From Escherichia phage FL31, in the sequence record PP400782: DNA of 64,000 bases, one strand, 5' to 3'. Numbering within the stretch: position 1 is the stretch's first letter; each line of letters opens with the position of its first letter. The notes below the pieces were generated by a model that made no database searches, had not been told where the DNA came from, and saw only the letters and a list, made by a program, of their open reading frames with translations. Of this stretch, positions 58,857-64,000 are shown in pieces. Both the position numbers and the translations under genes were made by a program.

Positions 58857-60013
58857 TCCGGGTACCTCAAAGCGTCATCAGAGTTAGTTATATCAATAAT
58901 AGATATAGAGTTTTCTGCTAACCCGTTTTTAGATAATTGACGTTTATAATATCTTTCACAATATGTACACGTCGTCCCGCAGATTTCATTAGCACAATCG
59001 AAATCTGGATGTCTGAACCACCTTTTTTCTAAAAAGCCATCTAACAAAGAGGTTTCAATATTTACTGTATGTGAAAACTCAGTTTCGTTTTCAAGAGTGA
59101 AAATAGTCTCTAAAGGCTTCCACAGTTCTAACAAATTACCTTCAAACTTTTCAGAAGCGTATGCTTCAAGAACTTTCAAAATGTAGTCTGTGCTACCTGT
59201 ACGTCCTGAAACTTTGAATTGAGTGATACCAATATCATTATAAAGTTTCAAATCTTGAGGACGAACAAAACGAGTTCTCAACCAGTTAAATGGGTCTGTA
59301 TCACGAGCTTTAATACAGTGCTGCATAGGATATCCGTTTAAGGATTTAGCATCATCGGCTGTAACATCAGTACTATGGAAAATATAGCAAGAGTCACGAT
59401 AGCTACAATGTGTTGTATACCCTTTACCAGCATTAGAACAGAACTCATTTACAAGAACTTCAAATATTATATTGTTCTTATTGCAAAACTCTGCTGCACG
59501 CTTCAGGAAAGAAACTGAACGGTTCTTATGAATTCCACAGCAGACCTTTTTGATATTATACTGGTCATGCAAGTATTTGATTTGAGTTACAGCATCGACA
59601 TGTAGAATTGTTGAAACTTCAATCTCAATGTCTTTATTGACTTCACGAACAATTTCCATAACAACAGGGTTAGCGATAGTAATACGCCATACGCCTATTG
59701 ACCAAAGATACTGAACATAATCCTGAATAGCTTTCTTCTTCCACTCAACTAGTTCTCTTTTTGAACCAGGATTTATCGTGTTGAGTGTATAGTTAAAGCA
59801 AATACCTAATTCGTTACAACGTTTAACGTAATCTTCTAACATCTTTTTGTCAACGTCAGGAAGCCTAAAATCAGGTCTGGCTGCTACAAAAGCCATTTCT
59901 CTTGTAGAGCCGTATACTTCATTTATCAAGCTATTAGGATAAGTTTTATTGAGCTCTACGATTTTATCAAGAAGAGCTAAATCAAAATTCGTTCCGATTT
60001 TAAAAGTATTCAT
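58853..60013 (-). CDS. hypothetical Cys-rich protein (386 aa), possible metal/Fe-S binding; part of the sugar cluster
   Basis: Cys clusters CCGIHKN, FCSNAGKGYTTHCSYRDSC, C-terminal CANEICGTTCTYC; no confident family assignment. Confidence 0.5.
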   Translation of the reverse strand: MNTFKIGTNFDLALLDKIVELNKTYPNSLINEVYGSTREMAFVAARPDFRLPDVDKKMLEDYVKRCNELGICFNYTLNTINPGSKRELVEWKKKAIQDYVQYLWSIGVWRITIANPVVMEIVREVNKDIEIEVSTILHVDAVTQIKYLHDQYNIKKVCCGIHKNRSVSFLKRAAEFCNKNNIIFEVLVNEFCSNAGKGYTTHCSYRDSCYIFHSTDVTADDAKSLNGYPMQHCIKARDTDPFNWLRTRFVRPQDLKLYNDIGITQFKVSGRTGSTDYILKVLEAYASEKFEGNLLELWKPLETIFTLENETEFSHTVNIETSLLDGFLEKRWFRHPDFDCANEICGTTCTYCERYYKRQLSKNGLAENSISIIDITNSDDALRYPE

Positions 60014-60069
60014 TTTTTTGCATCTCGCGTTAATTAATGCGATGGTTTTTGCAGGTCTTACTTAAATTA

Positions 60070-60471
60070 TTATAGATTCGGTTTATATGATTTAAATGTT
60101 TCGAATTCGCCTTTATTCATAAGAGCTTTGAATTCGTCAGGACGCATAGCTTTGTCGTCGATAATCCAATCATATACTGGTTTATGTGTTAGCAAATTAT
60201 GGTACTTCAAGCCAATGTTCGCCAAGTTCTGAATCAGACTTGGGAGAATGTCAATTGCTATACGACCAGGACCTACTGACTTCATACCGCGAGCAGTGTA
60301 AAGCGTTATGGTATGCCCTGCATCATACAGGGCATTAATGGCAGTCACCATTTCGACGTCTGGTTTGAAGTTCACGTAATCACGATTGTTATTCCACTCT
60401 GTTATACAATCATCGACATCAAAACAAAGATTAAGCATGTTTTCTACACGGTGCATTAGATTCGTTCCCAT
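60070..60471 (-). CDS. HAD-superfamily phosphatase (small, sugar-phosphate phosphatase-like)
   Basis: HAD motif I FDVDDCIT; motif II ITLYTAR; motif III/IV K...WIIDDK. Confidence 0.6.
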   Translation of the reverse strand: MGTNLMHRVENMLNLCFDVDDCITEWNNNRDYVNFKPDVEMVTAINALYDAGHTITLYTARGMKSVGPGRIAIDILPSLIQNLANIGLKYHNLLTHKPVYDWIIDDKAMRPDEFKALMNKGEFETFKSYKPNL

Positions 60472-62141
60472 TGATGAGTGATATCGCCACCGATTGGACG
60501 ATAGGAAACACCAGTTTCTTTATCAGTTAGTACCCATTTACCAGGATTTTTTGTAATCAGAGTAGCCGTTACAGGTTCTGCTACGTCATAACTAATAGAG
60601 CCGTCTTGAAGTACACGGCCCATGTTACGTAATTGCTTAGTCAGAAGTTCCATACCTTTATAATATGCGGCTACCGCTTTAAGTGGATTATTCTTGAAAT
60701 AACCACCTAATGCAATCCAGATAATTGCTACAGCCAAATGATGATATTCATTAAACGAACTCAGCTTTCCATATTTGTAAACTAATGGATTGATGTTAAT
60801 AGTCACATTACAAGTTGTTTCATCAATAGTAAACTGTCCCCAGGTCGGATTAGCATTGAATTCATCATAACCTGAAACAGCATAAAGCACTTTAGCTTCA
60901 TCATACAATTTTGGCCCGTAAATCTTGGTTTCGCCAAAATATCCACGAGGGTCGATAAACTTGACTTCGCCGTTATCAGTAATCATAGTATTACTGAAGT
61001 TCGGGTCACCATGAATAACAGAGTACTGTCCCTGAGAACGGTTATGATAACGAATAAGGTGTTCTAAAGCTTGTTTCAGCATTGGCTTCAGACGTCTAAT
61101 CTTAGTGTAGTTCACATGTGTGATTTTACCAAATGAATCAATCAATGGTTGAATGCTTTCACAACGATCAATAACTTTCGTATAGAATTCTTTAGTGAAA
61201 TCACGACGAACAGTTTCAGGACTTACAAAATAAGTGTCTGTGCTGAATTTCAGTGCATCTAAAATTGCATCAACAATTTGTGGACGAGCAAGACTTGATT
61301 TGGATTTAATATATTCAAATGCCGGCTTACCTTTAATGCGTTCCATTTCAAAGTTATTTTCATTAACAGAAACTAACTGAGGAACTGAATCTGATTTCAC
61401 TTTCAAATACCACGAAATCTCATCTTTCTGAAGAGCTCGTCCCTGTTCGGTTAATGCGAATTTAGTTACAGTTTCTTCACCAATTTCAACTGCATTAAAA
61501 CTACGATTAAGTTCACGAACTTCATGGGCCTTTTCAAGTTTAGGCATATCACCTAAATCAATTAGATTCATAAGCTCTGATTTATTGAATGCGCTGCCGT
61601 AAAGGAATTCTACGAAATCACGTCCTTTGCAGTATTCATGAATTTCCTCATCAGTAGAACCCATATAGAATTCCCAGTCTTTGAACTGATAAATTCCTAC
61701 AACATTACCACCTGTTGAACCTACGTTAGTGATATTTTCACCGTCGAAATTATACCGACATTCATCACCCTTAACATAGATTGCGTTAACATTCCAAGAC
61801 CATGAACCAAAATCAGGAATAATATCACACCAGTTAACAATTACGTTATGGCCGTCTAAATCTTTGTGTAATTTAGCAAGAGCATAAGCAGAACCATACG
61901 CTTCATCAACTGTACGAATAGTCACATTGAACCCTTCTTGCTCACAATAAGCTCGAACAGTTTCAGCAAATTTTGAATGAACTACTACAATAATTTCATC
62001 TGCGCCAAGGTCAGAATAAATTGTATACAAATTGCTCAGAATAGTGTCTTGTTTATAGTTAACAAGCACCTTAGGAATATGATGCGTTATTGGATACAAA
62101 CGAGTTGCCAGTCCAGCACCAAGAATAACAGCTTTTTTCAT
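60456..62141 (-). CDS. bifunctional sugar-1-phosphate nucleotidyltransferase (N-terminal) / sugar kinase (C-terminal, APH/ChoK-like fold)
   Basis: N-terminal GAGLATRL nucleotidyltransferase signature; C-terminal Brenner-type IHGDPNFSNTMI and VKFIDPRG kinase motifs. Confidence 0.7.
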   Translation of the reverse strand: MKKAVILGAGLATRLYPITHHIPKVLVNYKQDTILSNLYTIYSDLGADEIIVVVHSKFAETVRAYCEQEGFNVTIRTVDEAYGSAYALAKLHKDLDGHNVIVNWCDIIPDFGSWSWNVNAIYVKGDECRYNFDGENITNVGSTGGNVVGIYQFKDWEFYMGSTDEEIHEYCKGRDFVEFLYGSAFNKSELMNLIDLGDMPKLEKAHEVRELNRSFNAVEIGEETVTKFALTEQGRALQKDEISWYLKVKSDSVPQLVSVNENNFEMERIKGKPAFEYIKSKSSLARPQIVDAILDALKFSTDTYFVSPETVRRDFTKEFYTKVIDRCESIQPLIDSFGKITHVNYTKIRRLKPMLKQALEHLIRYHNRSQGQYSVIHGDPNFSNTMITDNGEVKFIDPRGYFGETKIYGPKLYDEAKVLYAVSGYDEFNANPTWGQFTIDETTCNVTININPLVYKYGKLSSFNEYHHLAVAIIWIALGGYFKNNPLKAVAAYYKGMELLTKQLRNMGRVLQDGSISYDVAEPVTATLITKNPGKWVLTDKETGVSYRPIGGDITHQWERI

Positions 62142-62182
62142 GTTGAAGTCCTCATTGGTAAGTAGGAGTATTGTACACTATT

Positions 62183-62316
62183 CTAGTTAAAGCATTCATA
62201 CTTTGCTTGTAGTCCAATCATAATCCATCCAATTACAAGTGTTGGAATCATTACCGGAGCCGTTAAGCTCCAGTAGATAGTCATGACAAGCATCAATAGT
62301 AAAAGTCCTATTGTTA
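62183..62316 (-). CDS. small hydrophobic peptide (about 47 aa), not in supplied track
   Basis: Manual translation MKAITIGLLLLMLVMTIYWSLTAPVMIPTLVIGWIMIGLQAKYECFN; GAGG SD. Confidence 0.25.
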
Positions 62317-62322
62317 TTGCTT

Positions 62323-62958
62323 TCATTGTTCGCCTCGTAACATGGCACCTAGTGCACCGCCTGGATGGAACTTAAGGAAATCATTAGAGGTAAATCCACG
62401 TTCAGACGAAAGGTTGATAGCAAACGTATCGATAAGCGCTAACAATAATGTAGTGGACATTGTCGGAGCTAAAGAGTTCTCGTCAACTTCTACCGCGATA
62501 CCGGTACAGAACGTATAATCAAAAAGAGCTTCGTATTCTTGTGGAATGTCAGGGTTACAATGTAACAGAATCTGTTTAACCTGAGGACGAATCATACGAA
62601 GATGTTTAGCAACACCTATCATTTCTTCAGTCTTACCAGAACGACTGATGTGAACTAATACATCATTAGGTGCAATAAATCCTGCGTCACCATGAGAATA
62701 ATGCCCAGTGTTCAAGTACATACTTGGGATACCGAGTGAAGCAAAAGTCTCGGAAGCTTTAGTTGCGATATTAGCGTTCTTACCAACACCTGTAATAATT
62801 ACTCGGCTTTCATAATTACTAAGTCCCGGGCGTCGAAGAGTTTCTAGAATAGCATTATAACGAGCAGGGTTTTGACTAATTACTTTGGCCATAGCGGCCA
62901 AAGAAGAAGCTTGTTTTATGATTGCGTCAATAGCGATAGTAATAGGAGTAGTTTTCAT
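62323..62958 (-). CDS. SIS-domain sugar-phosphate isomerase (KdsD/KpsF arabinose-5-phosphate isomerase-like, lacking CBS domains)
   Basis: VIITGVGKNANIATKASETFASLGIPSMYLNTGHYSHGDAGFIAPNDVLVHISRSGKTEE parallels the recalled KdsD SIS core (GKSGHIG...ATFASTGTPS...HGDLGMV...AISNSGES). Confidence 0.7.
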   Translation of the reverse strand: MKTTPITIAIDAIIKQASSLAAMAKVISQNPARYNAILETLRRPGLSNYESRVIITGVGKNANIATKASETFASLGIPSMYLNTGHYSHGDAGFIAPNDVLVHISRSGKTEEMIGVAKHLRMIRPQVKQILLHCNPDIPQEYEALFDYTFCTGIAVEVDENSLAPTMSTTLLLALIDTFAINLSSERGFTSNDFLKFHPGGALGAMLRGEQ

Positions 62959-62998
62959 ATTTCTCTCATTTAATTAGTTTACCGTCCATGACATTATA

Positions 62999-64000
62999 TC
63001 AAAAATCGAACATATCGAACAGAGATGCTTTCTTCTCGTAATCGAGTTTCGCTGCTGATGTGAATCCTTCAAGTGGTTTAATAAATGTCTTCTCAAGGAG
63101 AACAGTGTAGTCCATCCAATGAAGTACATCGTCTTTAATTAAATCTGTGATTTCAGTACCAGAAGGCCATGCGATACATTTATCACCGAATGGGTTTCCT
63201 TCACGTAAAGGCAGAACATATACTTTTTCACCTTCTACAACTTGTGGTGCATCAATATTACCTTTGATAGCTCGGTTATATGTCAGAATTCCACGAATAT
63301 GGAACGGGCATTTGGGACCAGGGAATCCACCTACGTCATATTTAGCAATGTTATTCGCAGAAGATACCGACGCGATGCTAATATAATTCAATTGACGGAA
63401 TTCTTTTTCAAACTCTTTAAAATATTCTTGTAATGATTCTTCACCTTCTTGAAGCATACGACGAATACATTCTTTAAGAGCTTTCTGTACTGCTTTAGGA
63501 GTCGAAGATTTCTGAGTCTCTAGACCCATGATTTTGAGTTTAGGCTCGGCGTAACGAGTACCTTCCATATCCCACACGTTTAATGCATAACGTTTCTTAC
63601 CAGTCCAAAATCCACCAATACCTTTAGAACCGAGCGGAGGGCCAGCGATAGCTTCTCGGTCCATGAACATTAAGTGTTGTTTATTGTTCATGTATTCGCA
63701 CATTTCACGGAAACCTTTATCAATAGCAGGTTCCATACGTTCACGAGCGAACTTATCTAAGAAGTCTACCCAATGGTTAGTATCACGGAATTTAGATTCA
63801 CCAACCTTATCGATAATTTTATCAGCAGATACGTAAATAGAGTCTGTATCACCATATAGAACGAAAGCTTCACCTTCTGTACCACAAACTTCATTCAGAT
63901 ATTCATTAACTTTACGTTCAATCCACTGTAAAGCCATTTGACCAAATGTTGTGATTGCAGTAGCATTACGCAAATCATAATAACGGAACCAAACGTTGCC
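62999..64000 (-). CDS. 43: DNA polymerase gp43, C-terminal part (gene continues beyond the window end)
   Basis: Family B polymerase YGDTDS motif; frame stays open to the window edge (…GNVWFRYYDLRNATAITTFGQ…). Confidence 0.95.
   Translation of the reverse strand, partial: GNVWFRYYDLRNATAITTFGQMALQWIERKVNEYLNEVCGTEGEAFVLYGDTDSIYVSADKIIDKVGESKFRDTNHWVDFLDKFARERMEPAIDKGFREMCEYMNNKQHLMFMDREAIAGPPLGSKGIGGFWTGKKRYALNVWDMEGTRYAEPKLKIMGLETQKSSTPKAVQKALKECIRRMLQEGEESLQEYFKEFEKEFRQLNYISIASVSSANNIAKYDVGGFPGPKCPFHIRGILTYNRAIKGNIDAPQVVEGEKVYVLPLREGNPFGDKCIAWPSGTEITDLIKDDVLHWMDYTVLLEKTFIKPLEGFTSAAKLDYEKKASLFDMFDF

Noticed and set aside
58853-60013. Radical-SAM assignment for the Cys-rich protein based on a CxxxCxxC match
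   Set aside because: The motif is at the extreme C-terminus rather than the N-terminal position typical of radical-SAM enzymes; insufficient support without a profile search

Overview
This 64 kb AT-rich window reads as a contiguous segment of a T-even (T4-like, Tevenvirinae) myovirus genome, with no host genes, integrase or att sites. Most genes are early/middle genes on the minus strand, running from the 3' part of DNA polymerase gene 43 (window end) through 42, uvsX, 40, 41, 61, 56, soc, modA/modB-like, dda, dexA, topoisomerase 39/52, rIIA/rIIB, ndd, motA and asiA. A plus-strand late block encodes the long tail fibre genes 34-35-36-37-38 and holin t. Further minus-strand genes follow: rnh, dsbA, 33, 59, 32, frd, td, nrdA, nrdB (interrupted by a group I intron carrying an HNH homing endonuclease), denA, RNA ligase 63, a spanin pair and the 5' end of pseT. 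All identifications are from motif recognition, recalled T4 protein sequences and synteny; no searches were run. The main non-T4 content is (i) a cluster between genes 43 and 42 encoding a KdsD-like SIS sugar-phosphate isomerase, a fused nucleotidyltransferase/kinase, a HAD phosphatase and a Cys-rich protein, (ii) a GT-B glycosyltransferase between gene 39 and rIIA, and (iii) two unknown proteins where T4 carries beta-glucosyltransferase. Together with a cytosine-type gene 42, dCTPase 56 and DenA, these suggest a phage-made nucleotide-sugar (arabinose-type by inference) used to glycosylate hmC DNA. Other notable features are an accessory island between 41 and 61 (Imm-like, Arr-like, lipoproteins), a triplicated paralog family, a T2-type gp37/gp38 adhesin arrangement, and recurring promoter and UUCG-hairpin terminator elements.
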